A stretch of 64,000 nucleotides of DNA from Desulfomicrobium sp. (GTDB lineage: Bacteria > Desulfobacterota > Desulfovibrionia > Desulfovibrionales > Desulfomicrobiaceae): contig JAXGMI010000002.1 of the NCBI GenBank assembly GCA_040768745.1, positions 576,001-640,000 on the forward strand, written 5' to 3'. Within the stretch, counting starts at the first letter, position 1, and every line of letters begins with the position of its first letter. Below, piece by piece: positions 27,807 to 40,325 of this stretch. The notes under the pieces are model-generated. The model made no database searches, was not told the DNA's origin, and saw only the letters and a program-made list of their open reading frames with translations. The position numbers were made by a program, and so were the translations under genes.

Positions 27807-29228
27807 TCAACGCCCGTAGGCGTCCTCGAAGCGGACGATATCGTCCTCCCCGAGGTAGCTGCCGACCTGCACCTCGATGAGCTCCAGGGGGATCTTGCCC
27901 GGATTGGCCAGACGGTGCACCGCCCCCAAAGGCAGGTAGACCGACTCGTTCTCGCGCAGGAGGATATCCTCCCCGTCCCGGGTGACCAGGGCCGTACCCT
28001 GAACCACCACCCAATGCTCGGCCCGATGAAAATGTTTCTGCAGGGACAGAACCTGCCCTGGGACAACGCTGATGCGCTTGACTTGATAGCGGGAGCCGTC
28101 CCCAATGGATTCGTAATGTCCCCACGGTCTGAACACCTTCTTGTGGGACACGGCTTCGATGCGGTTCTCGGCTTTCAGCCTGTTCACGATCTCCTTCACT
28201 TCCTGCACCCGGTCCCGGGGTGACACCAGCACGGCGTCGGAAGTCTCCACCACGATGTGGTTCTCCAGGCCCACCGCGGCCAGGAGGCGGGTTTCGGCAT
28301 GGAGGAAGGAGTTGTGCACATCGCACAGCAGCACGTCCCCGATGGCCACGTTCCCGTTCCCGTCCTTTGCCCCGGCCTGCCACAGGGCGTCCCAGGAGCC
28401 CAGGTCATTCCATCCGCACGAAAGGGGCACCACCACTCCCCTGTCCGTCTGCTCCATGACCGCGTAATCGATGGAGTTTTCGGGGCAATCCGCAAAGGCA
28501 TCCCGGTCCAGACGCAGAAAATCCAGGTCCAAGGTGGACCGGGACAGGGCCTGTGCGCAGGCCTGGACGATGTCCGGCGCAAAACGGCCCAGTTCGTCCA
28601 GCACTGTGCGGACATGAAACATGAACATCCCTGAATTCCAGAAATATTCCCCTGAATCCACGTAGGACTGGGCCGTGGCCAGATCAGGCTTCTCCACGAA
28701 CCGGTCAATGGTTCGGGCCGGCAGATCGGCCCCTTCGCTCTCAATGGGCCTCCCCTGGCGGATGTATCCGTACCCGGTTTCCGGAGCGTCGGGCACAATG
28801 CCGAAGGTGACCAGACGGCCCTGAGCCGCGAATCTCCCCCCCTGCCCCACCGCGGCATGGAACTGGGCAGTGTCCTTGATCAGGTGATCCGCAGGCAGCA
28901 CGAGCATGACCGCGTCCGGATCGGCCTGCTCAATCCGCATGGCCGCCACGGCCACGGCCGGGGCCGTATTCCTGCCCACGGGTTCGAGGATGATGGCCGA
29001 AGGGGATACGCCCATGCCCCGCAGCTGCTCGGCAATGATGAAGCGATGCTCCTCGTTGCTGATGACCACGGGATCCCCGACCTCCGCCAGCCCTTTCAAC
29101 CGGCCCATGGTGTTCTGCACCAGGGTATGGTCATCCAGAAGGGGCAGGAGCTGTTTGGGATAGAGCTTGCGGGACAGGGGCCACAGTCTGGTTCCGGATC
29201 CACCGGCCAGGATGACGGGAATGATCAT
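27807..29228 (-). CDS. manC: Mannose-1-phosphate guanylyltransferase/mannose-6-phosphate isomerase
   Basis: PVILAGGSGTRLWPLSR..PKQ, FVEKP, WNSGMF, C-terminal cupin RPWG..HRAEHW. Confidence 0.93.
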   Translation of the reverse strand: MIIPVILAGGSGTRLWPLSRKLYPKQLLPLLDDHTLVQNTMGRLKGLAEVGDPVVISNEEHRFIIAEQLRGMGVSPSAIILEPVGRNTAPAVAVAAMRIEQADPDAVMLVLPADHLIKDTAQFHAAVGQGGRFAAQGRLVTFGIVPDAPETGYGYIRQGRPIESEGADLPARTIDRFVEKPDLATAQSYVDSGEYFWNSGMFMFHVRTVLDELGRFAPDIVQACAQALSRSTLDLDFLRLDRDAFADCPENSIDYAVMEQTDRGVVVPLSCGWNDLGSWDALWQAGAKDGNGNVAIGDVLLCDVHNSFLHAETRLLAAVGLENHIVVETSDAVLVSPRDRVQEVKEIVNRLKAENRIEAVSHKKVFRPWGHYESIGDGSRYQVKRISVVPGQVLSLQKHFHRAEHWVVVQGTALVTRDGEDILLRENESVYLPLGAVHRLANPGKIPLELIEVQVGSYLGEDDIVRFEDAYGR

Positions 29229-29453
29229 GATTCCTCCGAACAGACAAAATAGGACGAAACAGCCCACCCCTTTCAGGGCACAGCAGGCCCGGGGCAGATC
29301 AACCCCGCACATGCCCCTGGCAACGTGCAGCATTCTCTATGGTATTGTCGCGCAAATGGAAAGCTTCGTTTTTTTGGATAAAATTCTCTTTTCATCTTGA
29401 TTTTCTGTGTTTCTTTCGACAAAAGGACTTCATTTTGTGCGTGGAGAGTACGC

Positions 29454-30893
29454 GTGGCACAGATTCTCATCATCGACGACGATCCGGACTCCTCCCATAC
29501 CCTGCGGTGCATCATCGAGCGCATGGGGCACCAATGTTTCCTTGCCCGGGACATCATTGGCGCCTTGACCCGATTGTCCGAGCTGCACTGTGACCTCATT
29601 TTCCTGGACACCAACCTCCCTGACGGCGATGGCTTCTCGCACATCGAGCAGTTTCTGTCCTCACCGACCCAGCCCGAAGTCGTCATCCTCATCGAGGAGG
29701 GGGATGCCGACGGGGCGGCCCTGGCCATTGCCAATGGGGCCTGGGACTACGTCAGCAAACCCATCTCCCTGCACAACGTGCAGCTTCTGTTGCAGCGCAC
29801 CCTGACCTACAGGGCCTCCAAGAAGCAGAACACGCCCCGACGGGCCTTCAAACACTGCTCCATCATCGGGGAAAGCCCCGCCATCCGAACCTGCCTGAAT
29901 GCCATGAACACGGTGGCGGCCAGCAGGTCCAACGTCATCGTTTACGGCGAGACAGGCACGGGCAAGGAACTTTTCGCCCGATGCATCCACAAAAACGGCG
30001 GCAACGGGGGCGTTCTGGTGGTGTTCGACTGTGCCAGCCTTCCCAAACATCTGGCCGAGAGCACCCTTTTCGGCCACACCAAAGGCTCTTTCACCAGTGC
30101 CCACAAATCCAGAGACGGCCTTTTCAAGCTGGCCAACAGGGGAACCGTGTTCCTGGACGAAATCGGCGAACTGGACCTCGACCTGCAGAAGTCACTCTTG
30201 CGCGTCCTGCAGGAATACAAGTTCCGGCCCGTGGGATCGGACAATGAGGTGTACAGCAAGTTCCGGGTCATCGCCGCCACGAACAAGGACCTGCGGTCCA
30301 TGGTGGAGCAGGGACGGTTCCGCAGCGACCTCTACTACCGTCTGAACGGGCACACCCTGCACATCCCTCCGCTGCGCAAACGCGCGGAGGACATCCCGCT
30401 GCTGGCCGAACACTATATGGAGAATATCTGCCGGGAATACGGTGTCCCGTTCAAAAAGATCGCGGACGATTTTCTGGACGTGCTCAAAACCTACTCCTGG
30501 CCAGGCAACGTGCGCGAGTTCATCAACGCCATGGTCGTGGCCATGGACAATGCCAGGGAAGGGGACGCTCTCCTCAGTCAGCATCTGCCCCTGGACATCC
30601 GGGTCAGTGTGGTCAGAGAGACCTTCCGTTCCAGGCAGGACAGCTTGCACCCCGGGCTGCCCGGGCCTGCAGGAATGTCGGCCTTCACCATGACCGCGCC
30701 CTATGCCCGGGACAAAGACCTGCCTTCCTTGCGCGAAGTGCGGGCGTTGGTCACCGGTCAGATGGAAAAGCTGTACATGCATCAGCTGGTGCAGGTATGC
30801 GCCAACGATGTCCGGAGCGCATGCAAACGATCCGGACTTTCCCGGACAAGGTTCTACGAGCTGCTCAAGAAACACGCCATCACACTGAAATGA
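29454..30893 (+). CDS. NtrC-like sigma-54 response regulator
   Basis: Receiver (IIDDD, FLD, SKP), GETGTGKE, FLDEIGEL, WPGNVRE, C-terminal HTH. Confidence 0.9.
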   Translation: MAQILIIDDDPDSSHTLRCIIERMGHQCFLARDIIGALTRLSELHCDLIFLDTNLPDGDGFSHIEQFLSSPTQPEVVILIEEGDADGAALAIANGAWDYVSKPISLHNVQLLLQRTLTYRASKKQNTPRRAFKHCSIIGESPAIRTCLNAMNTVAASRSNVIVYGETGTGKELFARCIHKNGGNGGVLVVFDCASLPKHLAESTLFGHTKGSFTSAHKSRDGLFKLANRGTVFLDEIGELDLDLQKSLLRVLQEYKFRPVGSDNEVYSKFRVIAATNKDLRSMVEQGRFRSDLYYRLNGHTLHIPPLRKRAEDIPLLAEHYMENICREYGVPFKKIADDFLDVLKTYSWPGNVREFINAMVVAMDNAREGDALLSQHLPLDIRVSVVRETFRSRQDSLHPGLPGPAGMSAFTMTAPYARDKDLPSLREVRALVTGQMEKLYMHQLVQVCANDVRSACKRSGLSRTRFYELLKKHAITLK

Positions 30894-30915
30894 AAAGGGC
30901 CGGTACCCCGGCCCT
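30894..30915. terminator. Intrinsic terminator hairpin
   Basis: AAGGGCCGG-tacc-CCGGCCCTT between convergent genes. Confidence 0.6.
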
Positions 30916-31022
30916 TGCACTGCCCATTCACCCCCCAGACCCATTCCCGGTCGAACCCTGATGGGACCTGCGCCCAGGGTCAACAAGGAAAAGACGTATT
31001 TTCCAGGGAAATGGAATGCGTC

Positions 31023-32273
31023 TCATTCCTTTTCACGACGGATCTTGGCCCCCACCCGACCGAGCTTCACCTCCAGGTGCTCGTAGCCCCGGTCCAGGTG
31101 ATAAATGCGGCGCACGTCGGTCCGGCCCTCGGCCGCCAGTCCAGCCAGGACGAGACAGGCGCTGGCCCGCAGGTCCGAGGCCATGACCGTGGCCCCCTTG
31201 AGGGTATCCACGCCCCGGACCATGGCGCTTTGGCCGGACAGGGTGATGTGCGCACCCAGACGGCAAAGTTCCTGCACATGCATGAACCGATTCTCGAAAA
31301 TGCCCTCGGTGATGACCCCCGCCCCCGGGCTGCAGCTCATCAGCGCCATGATCTGGGCCTGCATGTCCGTTGGAAATCCGGGGTATGGCCGGGTGGATAC
31401 GTCCACGCCATGCAGGGGGCCATCCACATAGGCCCGGAGGGATGTCTGATCGCCCTCGATGTGCATGCCCATCTCAGTCAGCTTGAAGATGACCGCGTCC
31501 AGGGCGCCCACCGGGCAATCCACGAGCTCGAGATCCCCTTTGGTGATAGCGGCCGCCACCAGATAGGTCCCGGCTTCGATCCGGTCCGGCATGACCCGGT
31601 AGGAGGCGCCTTGCAGGGATTCCACACCCTCGATACGGACCACGCTCGTTCCATGACCGGAAATGCGCGCCCCGCAGGCATTCAGGAAATTGGCCAGATC
31701 CTGGATCTCGGGCTCCCTGGCCGCGTTTTCCAGTACCGTCACGCCCTCGGCCAGGGTCGCGGCCATGATCAGATGCTCGGTTCCACCAACCGTGGGAAAA
31801 TCGAGCTGGATGTGCGCGCCGTGCAACCTGTCACAATTGCCGATGATGTCGCCACTTTCCAGTTCAAAGACCGCGCCCATCTGCGCCAGGCCCTTGAGGT
31901 GCATGTCCACGGGCCTGGCCCCGATGGCGCATCCGCCCGGCAGGGCCACCCTGGCCTGCCCCAGACGGGCCAGGAGCGGACCGAGACAGAGCACGGACGC
32001 GCGCATGGTCCGCACCAGATCATAGGGAGCCTCGGGCTTCAGATCACAGGCATGCAGCGCGACCTCTCCCCCCGTGTATTCGGCCTGACAGCCCAGCAAA
32101 GCAAGCAGGTTCAAGGTCGTGGCGATGTCCTTCAGATCCGGAACGTTGGACAGACGGACCTGCCCATCCACCAGAATGGACGCCAGCAGGATGGGCAGGG
32201 CTGCGTTCTTGGAACCGCTGATGGGGATCTGCCCGCGCAGCGCGGCACCGCCTTCAATGACAAGTTTATCCAT
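31023..32273 (-). CDS. murA: UDP-N-acetylglucosamine 1-carboxyvinyltransferase
   Basis: [35 protein letters not shown]. Confidence 0.97.
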   Translation of the reverse strand: MDKLVIEGGAALRGQIPISGSKNAALPILLASILVDGQVRLSNVPDLKDIATTLNLLALLGCQAEYTGGEVALHACDLKPEAPYDLVRTMRASVLCLGPLLARLGQARVALPGGCAIGARPVDMHLKGLAQMGAVFELESGDIIGNCDRLHGAHIQLDFPTVGGTEHLIMAATLAEGVTVLENAAREPEIQDLANFLNACGARISGHGTSVVRIEGVESLQGASYRVMPDRIEAGTYLVAAAITKGDLELVDCPVGALDAVIFKLTEMGMHIEGDQTSLRAYVDGPLHGVDVSTRPYPGFPTDMQAQIMALMSCSPGAGVITEGIFENRFMHVQELCRLGAHITLSGQSAMVRGVDTLKGATVMASDLRASACLVLAGLAAEGRTDVRRIYHLDRGYEHLEVKLGRVGAKIRREKE

Positions 32274-32312
32274 GTTTTTCCTCTATGGCGGGGGATGCCA
32301 TGCACCTGCCGC

Positions 32313-32900
32313 CTATGGCTTTGTTTTGGAAAACGCTGCGCGGACCGCATCGGCCTCGCCCGCATAGACGTCAATGTCCTCCGCAGGGGAGAGCACCTCA
32401 CGCCAGACCGCGGTCCGGGCTTCACTCCCCTCCAAGGCCGCCGGGGTCGGTTGGGAATCGATCATGATGGGATGCGCGCGCACGTCAAACTCGGGCACGG
32501 AGTAACTGAATTCGATGGGGATATTGTTGGGATCAAAGGCGTACAGGGACAGGATGAAGCCGTGATCGATCACCTCCGAGGCCCAGAACCCGTTTTCCTC
32601 CAGCAGGGCCTTCAACCGCCCCAGTTCTTCCCGGGTCTCCACCCCAAAGGAAATGTGGTCAAAGGCAAGAGGACCCCGGACCGGGGCTCCATGGTCCTTC
32701 TCGGCGATGGGCTGGACATGGGGCCATTCAAAAAAGGCGATCATGTCCCGGTCCGTGATCTCGAAAAAATAATGACGGTAGCCCGGATGTCCCATCCCGA
32801 CCACCAGACGCATGCCGAGCAGGTCGCGCCAGAAGCGCACTGTCTTGTCCATGTCTGCCGTGACCATGGCCAAGTGATTGATGCCGGTGAATTTCCCCAT
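32313..32900 (-). CDS. VOC/glyoxalase family protein
   Basis: INHLAMVTADM, DHISF, DPNNIPIEF. Confidence 0.85.
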   Translation of the reverse strand: MGKFTGINHLAMVTADMDKTVRFWRDLLGMRLVVGMGHPGYRHYFFEITDRDMIAFFEWPHVQPIAEKDHGAPVRGPLAFDHISFGVETREELGRLKALLEENGFWASEVIDHGFILSLYAFDPNNIPIEFSYSVPEFDVRAHPIMIDSQPTPAALEGSEARTAVWREVLSPAEDIDVYAGEADAVRAAFSKTKP

Positions 32901-32960
32901 GTTTCTCCGCAAAAGAAAAAAGCAGAACCAGTTCTTATCCGGTTCTGCTTGGGTGTCAAA

Positions 32961-33037
32961 TGGGGTGAGTGACGCGGATTGAACGCGCGACAACCTGGGC
33001 CACAACCAGGTGCTCTGCCAGCTGAGCTACACCCACC
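32961..33037 (-). tRNA. tRNA-His(GTG), downstream copy
   Basis: GGTGGGTGTAGCTCAGCTGGCAGAGCACCTGGTTGTGGCCCAGG...CACCCCA with encoded G-1 and CCA. Confidence 0.95.
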
Positions 33038-33079
33038 ATGGGGAAAAAAAGGGACAGACGAACTGTCCCGGATCGGCAA

Positions 33080-33156
33080 TGGGGTGAGTGACGCGGATTG
33101 AACGCGCGACAACCTGGGCCACAACCAGGTGCTCTGCCAGCTGAGCTACACCCACC
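33080..33156 (-). tRNA. tRNA-His(GTG), upstream copy
   Basis: Identical to 32961-33037. Confidence 0.95.
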
Positions 33157-33290
33157 ACGTAACAGGGGAATCTCTCTATCCAAGGCCCTTGAGCTGGTCA
33201 AGTGAAAAATCGCCACACCCCCGCCATCTTGACAAGACTGATAGGCCATTTATTGGAACTCATACATTTTTTCGGACAAGGAGTACCCGC

Positions 33291-35180
33291 ATGGCCAACC
33301 CAGATCAATTCGAATTCAAAACCGAAATCAAGCAGCTTCTCGATATCATCACCCATTCCCTGTACACCAGCCGGGAAATTTTTCTGCGCGAGCTCGTTTC
33401 CAACGCCTCCGATGCCCTGGACAAGCTGCGCTTCGAGCAGGCCCGGTCCACCCAGATCAAGGACCCTGAGCAGGATCTGCGCATCTCCATCACCTGCGAC
33501 GAAGACAAGAACCAGCTCGTCGTTCAGGATACAGGCATCGGCATGACCCGCGACGAACTGATCGAGAACATCGGCACCATCGCCCACTCCGGCTCGGCCG
33601 AGTTCATCCGCCAGGCCATGGCCGACAAGGAGAACTCGTCCAGCATCATCGGACGCTTCGGGGTGGGCTTCTATTCGGTCTTCATGGTCGCGGACAAGGT
33701 CTCCATCCGCACCCGCTCCTTCCGGCCCGAAGCCAAGGCCGTGGAGTGGATTTCTGACGGGCAGGGGACATACAGCCTCGCCGAGATCGAGGACGACCTG
33801 CCCCGGGGCACGACCATCAGCGTCAGCCTCAAGGAAGACGGCAAGGAATTCGCCGCAAAGCACCGCATCACGGCCATCATCAAGAAACACTCCAATTTCA
33901 TTTCCTTCCCCATCCTGGTCCAGGACGAGAAGGTCAACACGGTGCAGGCCCTGTGGCGGGAAAACAAATTCTCCGTCACCCCGGAGCAGTACGCGGAATT
34001 CTACAGATTCCTGACCTATGATCACGAGGAACCGCTGGACATCCTGCACATGAGCGTGGACGCCCCGGTGCAGTTCTCGGCGCTGGCCTTCGTCCCCGCG
34101 CGCAGTCAGGACACCTTCGGCTTTGACCGCGACAACTACGGACTGGACCTCTACGTGCGCCGGGTGCTGATCCAGAGCAAAAACAAGGACCTCATCCCCG
34201 AATATCTCGGCTTTGTGCGCGGCGTGGTGGACACCGAAGACCTGCCCTTGAACATCTCCCGGGAGACACTGCAGGAGAACATCCTCATCCGCAAAATCTC
34301 CTCCACCCTGACCAAGCAGGTACTGGCGCACCTGAAGAAGCTGAGCCAGGACAAGGACCGTTACGCCAAATTCTGGAAGGAGCACGCCAAGCGCTTCAAG
34401 CTCGGCTACACGGACTTCGCCAACCAGGAAGCCTTTGGCGAGCTGCTGCGCTTCAATTCCTCCCGCCACCCAACCAGGGAGGAGCTCCTGTCCTTGGACG
34501 AGTACATCGAGGCCGCCAAGGCCGGGCAAAAGGAAATCTACTATATTTCCGGCCCCAGCCGCGAGGCCATCGAACAGAATCCGCATCTGGAAATCTTCCG
34601 GGCCAAGGGTCTGGAAGTGCTGTACCTCTACGAGCCCGTGGACGAGTTCGTCATGGAGAGCCTGCGCACCTTCAAGGATTTCAACCTGAAGGCTACGGAA
34701 AACGCGGATATCGGCAGCCTTGAGAAGTTTTCGGACGTCGAGGGCAAGGACAAACCCGAGGGATTGACCACAGAGGAAAGCAAGGACATGGACCGCTTCG
34801 TGAAGCGCGTGCAGGAAATCCTGGGAGACCGCATCACCGAAGCCCGCATCTCCAAACGCCTGAGCCAGAGTCCATCCTGCCTGGTCAGTCCGGATGGATC
34901 CACTTCACAGATGCACAAGATCATGCAGCTGGTGACCAAGGATGCGTCCATCCCCAAAAAAATCTTCGAGATCAACCAGAACCACAAACTGATCCGCAAC
35001 CTTTTGGCCGTTTTTGCCGCCAATGAGCAGGACGACTTCGTGGTCACCGTGGTTGAGCAGCTCTACGAATCCGCCCTGCTCATGGACGGCTACCTGGCCG
35101 ATCCGCACAAGATGGTGAACCGCCTGAACCGCCTGATGGAGGATTCCAGCGTCTGGTACAGAGAACGGGGGGTCAGGTAG
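33291..35180 (+). CDS. htpG: Chaperone HtpG (Hsp90)
   Basis: [42 protein letters not shown]. Confidence 0.97.
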
Positions 35181-35392
35181 ATCCACCGCAGGCGTGGGCA
35201 ACGGGACTGACAACGGTCCAGGCAATTCCCTGACTGTTCGACAGGCTCGCCAGCTCAGGACAATGGGTCGGCCATGTCACGGCGCCATGACGCCACTGGC
35301 CAGGGGCGCAAGCAGGCAATCCACGGGCAGACGACGCTGATCACACATCCTTTGGAAACGGGAGGCCGGGACAACTCGGCCTTTCTCCATTC

Positions 35393-37168
35393 CTAATCTC
35401 CACTCTGCACCCGCCACAAGCCCGCGTAAACCCCGTCCAAAGCAACCAGTTCCTCGTGGGTGCCGCGCTCCACGATGACCCCGTCCACAATGACCACGAT
35501 CTCGTCGCAGTGCCGTACCGTGGACAACCGATGGGCAATGGCCAGGGTGATGCGGTTTTGGCGCAGGGAGCGGAGGTTGTTCTGGATGACCTCTTCGGTG
35601 CGCGTGTCCACACTGGCCGTGGCCTCGTCCAGGATCAGGAATTCTGGATCGCGCAGGATGGCCCTGGCCAGGGAGATGCGCTGGCGCTGGCCTCCCGAGA
35701 GTTTCATGCCCCGGTCCCCCACCATGGTGGCGTAACCCTGGGGCAGCTTGGCGATGAACTCATCCGCCCCGGCCATGCGCGCCGCCTCTTCCACGGCCTC
35801 GTCAGGGGCGCCGGGTGAACCCAGCCGGATGTTCTCGGCCACTGTGCCGTGAAAGAGGTAGGCCTCCTGAGAGACATAGCCGATGCGCCCGCGCCAGGAA
35901 TCAAGGGAAATGGACGACAACGGGAGATTGTTGACCAGAATTTCCCCGGCGGCCGGATCGTAATAGCGCAACATGAGCTTGGCCAGTGAACTCTTGCCCG
36001 CGCCAGTGGGGCCGACAACGCCCAGCATCCGGCCACACTCCAGATGCAGGTTGATGCCGCAGAGCACCCGCTTCCGTTCAGGGTAGGCAAAGCTCAGATC
36101 GCGGACATGGACATGCTCGAGATGCCCATCCAGGGCCATGGCTTGAGCCTGGTCGAAGACCGTGGGAGTGGTGTCGAAAATCTCGTTGATCCGCAGGGCC
36201 GAGGCTTCGGACTGCTGAATCTGGTTGATGAGCATGCCGAAGATCAGCAGCGGAAAGATAAGGCGCATGGCCATGAGCACAAAGGTGGTGTACTCGCCGA
36301 CACTGGGACCGACCCCGGCAACGGTCATCCACCCCCCGATCCCGATCAGCAGGGCGTAGCCGAAGCCCGCCACTCCATAGAGCAAGGGAATGAAATGGGC
36401 CCGCTCCCGGGCAGCTCGCACAGCGGCGTCACGATATTCCTCCGAGCGGAGGCGGATACGGCCGGTCTGGTGTTCCTGGGCGGAATAGGCCTGGATGACG
36501 TGCATGCCCTGCAGATTGTTCTCCAGAATGGCGTTGATCTCCCCCACAGCCCGCCGGGCTTGGCGATATTGCGGCGCGACGCGGGTGGCGAAGAAGCGCA
36601 CTGCCCAAATGGCGATGGGCATGGGGGCGAGAAGGAGCAAGGCCAGGTGATAGTCCATCCACAAAAGGATGCCGTACACGCCAACAAACGTGATGACGAG
36701 GCGGACGATACTCGTGGAGGTGTCGGAAAAAAAGCGTTCCAGGTTGTCCACATCCCCGGCCAGCACGGCCATGATGTCCCCGGTCTGGCGGGATTCGAAG
36801 TAGGACACATCCAGCTTTTGGGCGTGGATGTACAGCGCCACGCGCAGATCATGCCGGATTCTCTGGGCTGCCGCATCCAGGGTGTAGTCGCTCACGCTCT
36901 GAAACACGGCCAAACCGGCAAATGTGCCGAGGACCAGCAATCCGGCCCAGACGAAATCACCAGGCAGGAGGGCCTGTCCCTCCCGCAGGGACAAGGACAC
37001 CTTGTCCACGACCCGGCCGACCACGATCATGGGCAACAGTTCGAAGAACCGGGCTCCGGCATTGGCCAGCAGGCCCGCCACAATCCGTCGGGCATAGGGT
37101 CTGGCAAAGCGGACCAGACGCCACAGGGATCGACCCATTGGGGATATCTCCCCGAAATCTTTTATCAT
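35393..37168 (-). CDS. ABC exporter, fused permease/ATPase (MsbA/MdlB-like)
   Basis: TM domain plus GPTGAGKS, LSGGQRQR, ILDEAT, IAHR. Confidence 0.92.
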   Translation of the reverse strand: MIKDFGEISPMGRSLWRLVRFARPYARRIVAGLLANAGARFFELLPMIVVGRVVDKVSLSLREGQALLPGDFVWAGLLVLGTFAGLAVFQSVSDYTLDAAAQRIRHDLRVALYIHAQKLDVSYFESRQTGDIMAVLAGDVDNLERFFSDTSTSIVRLVITFVGVYGILLWMDYHLALLLLAPMPIAIWAVRFFATRVAPQYRQARRAVGEINAILENNLQGMHVIQAYSAQEHQTGRIRLRSEEYRDAAVRAARERAHFIPLLYGVAGFGYALLIGIGGWMTVAGVGPSVGEYTTFVLMAMRLIFPLLIFGMLINQIQQSEASALRINEIFDTTPTVFDQAQAMALDGHLEHVHVRDLSFAYPERKRVLCGINLHLECGRMLGVVGPTGAGKSSLAKLMLRYYDPAAGEILVNNLPLSSISLDSWRGRIGYVSQEAYLFHGTVAENIRLGSPGAPDEAVEEAARMAGADEFIAKLPQGYATMVGDRGMKLSGGQRQRISLARAILRDPEFLILDEATASVDTRTEEVIQNNLRSLRQNRITLAIAHRLSTVRHCDEIVVIVDGVIVERGTHEELVALDGVYAGLWRVQSGD

Positions 37169-37326
37169 TTGCCCCCTTGAATCAAACCATCACCATGACG
37201 TATGGCGGAATGCACATAGTCAGGCGCAATGATGCTGTCTTCCCGGTACAACGATGTCGGTCTGAACGCACTGAACAAAAAGGCAGCTCCAAGCTGCCTT
37301 GAAATGCCGCGACCAAAGGATCTTGC

Positions 37327-37767
37327 TCAGAAAACGCCGGGGATAAGACGATTGACCCGCTCTCGGTAGGCCACGTATGCTTCGCCAAATCGGTCTTCCA
37401 GTTCCAGTTCCTCGGCACTGATATGCTTGAAGAAGAGGACCAGGGAATAGATGATGCCCAGAATGCCGATATTGGTATTCAGCAACAGGCACAGACCCGG
37501 CATGACCCCCAGGAGATGGGCGGCGGTTGCGGGGTTGCGGCTGAAAGAGAACAGACCGGATTCCACCAGCATGTAACCTTGCCCCTTGTTCAGTTCCCGC
37601 CTGGAGAACACAAGGCAGACCAGCCCGGCGCACAGCCAGACCGCCCCGAAGAGCCCCCCCAGCTTGAACCAGTTGGTGTGCAGAACGAGGTTTTCGAAAA
37701 CACTGCCGGCCACAATGATCCCATAGCCCGGGGCGAGTATTTTGGTCTCAAGACTTTTCGCGTTCAT
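37327..37767 (-). CDS. ICMT/PEMT-like membrane methyltransferase
   Basis: LVESGLFSFSRNP, EELELEDRFGEAY.AY..RV.RLIP. Confidence 0.8.
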   Translation of the reverse strand: MNAKSLETKILAPGYGIIVAGSVFENLVLHTNWFKLGGLFGAVWLCAGLVCLVFSRRELNKGQGYMLVESGLFSFSRNPATAAHLLGVMPGLCLLLNTNIGILGIIYSLVLFFKHISAEELELEDRFGEAYVAYRERVNRLIPGVF

Positions 37768-37892
37768 GGATGTCTCCTCGTCGCTGAAAAAGATTGCGCA
37801 TTGTCATTATCAACAATAACTCTTTTTAATATTTTAATTCCACTTTGAAAAGAACCCCGTCCCGGTGGATCCGAACCGTTTCCCACGCAGGA

Positions 37893-39575
<1,683 letters not shown>

Positions 39576-39653
39576 GAAAAATCCTCATATCGTATGCATG
39601 GTGTTGTTTGATTCAGCCAAGTCAACGGAAATGTCCCTGGAAAAAATTCCGGT

Positions 39654-40325
39654 TCAATGTCCGAAGCCTGGAATCTCAAGTTTTTTCTCAAGTTTGTGCA
39701 GCAGGAAAGAAGCCACGGTGACCAGGGCCAGGTAGTACACGCCCACGACCATGAATACCTCGCTGAAGCGAAAGCTCTCGCTGGCCACGATCTTGGCCTG
39801 GCCCGTCAGCTCGAAGCAGGTCACCACGTAGGCCAGGGACGAGTACTTGATCAGATAGACGATCTCGTTGCCGCAGCCGGGCAGGGCGCGACGGAAGGCC
39901 TGCGGGATGATGATCCAGACCAGGGTCGTGAAGGTCGAGAAGCCCAGGGCCTGGGCCGCCAGGACCTGGCCGCGCCGGATGGAGAGCAACCCCCCGCGGA
40001 TGTACTCGGAGTGGTAGGCCGCGCTGCAAAGGGTAAACCCGAGTACAGCCGCGGTGTAGGGCTTGAAGTAGATGCCGATGCCCGGCAGCCCGAAATAGAG
40101 GATGAAGAGCTGGATGACCAGGGGCGTGCCCCGGAAGAGGGCTGCGTAGCCTTTGGCCAGAGGGGAAAGGAACCGCCCGCCGTAGGCCCGCAGACTCCCG
40201 ACCACCACGCCCAGGGCCAGACCCAGCACGGCCGAGGGGACAATGAGGCGGACGCTCATCAGCACGCCCTCGTTCAGGGCCGGGATGAGCTTCTGCAGCA
40301 AAAAGGACAGTTCCTCGCTGATCAC
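39654..40325 (-). CDS. Polar amino acid ABC permease
   Basis: FRGTPLVIQL, AYHSEYIRGG, GQVLAAQALG; GTG start overlapping the ATPase stop. Confidence 0.9.
   Translation of the reverse strand: MISEELSFLLQKLIPALNEGVLMSVRLIVPSAVLGLALGVVVGSLRAYGGRFLSPLAKGYAALFRGTPLVIQLFILYFGLPGIGIYFKPYTAAVLGFTLCSAAYHSEYIRGGLLSIRRGQVLAAQALGFSTFTTLVWIIIPQAFRRALPGCGNEIVYLIKYSSLAYVVTCFELTGQAKIVASESFRFSEVFMVVGVYYLALVTVASFLLHKLEKKLEIPGFGH

Noticed and set aside
32741..33249. ORFs with repeated peptides (MWPRLSRVQSAS, GGCSSAGRAPGCG)
   Set aside because: Translations of the duplicated tRNA-His genes.
37790..37815. Fur-box-like GATAATGACAAT upstream of the methyltransferase/ABC exporter
   Set aside because: Only a half-site match in an AT-rich promoter.
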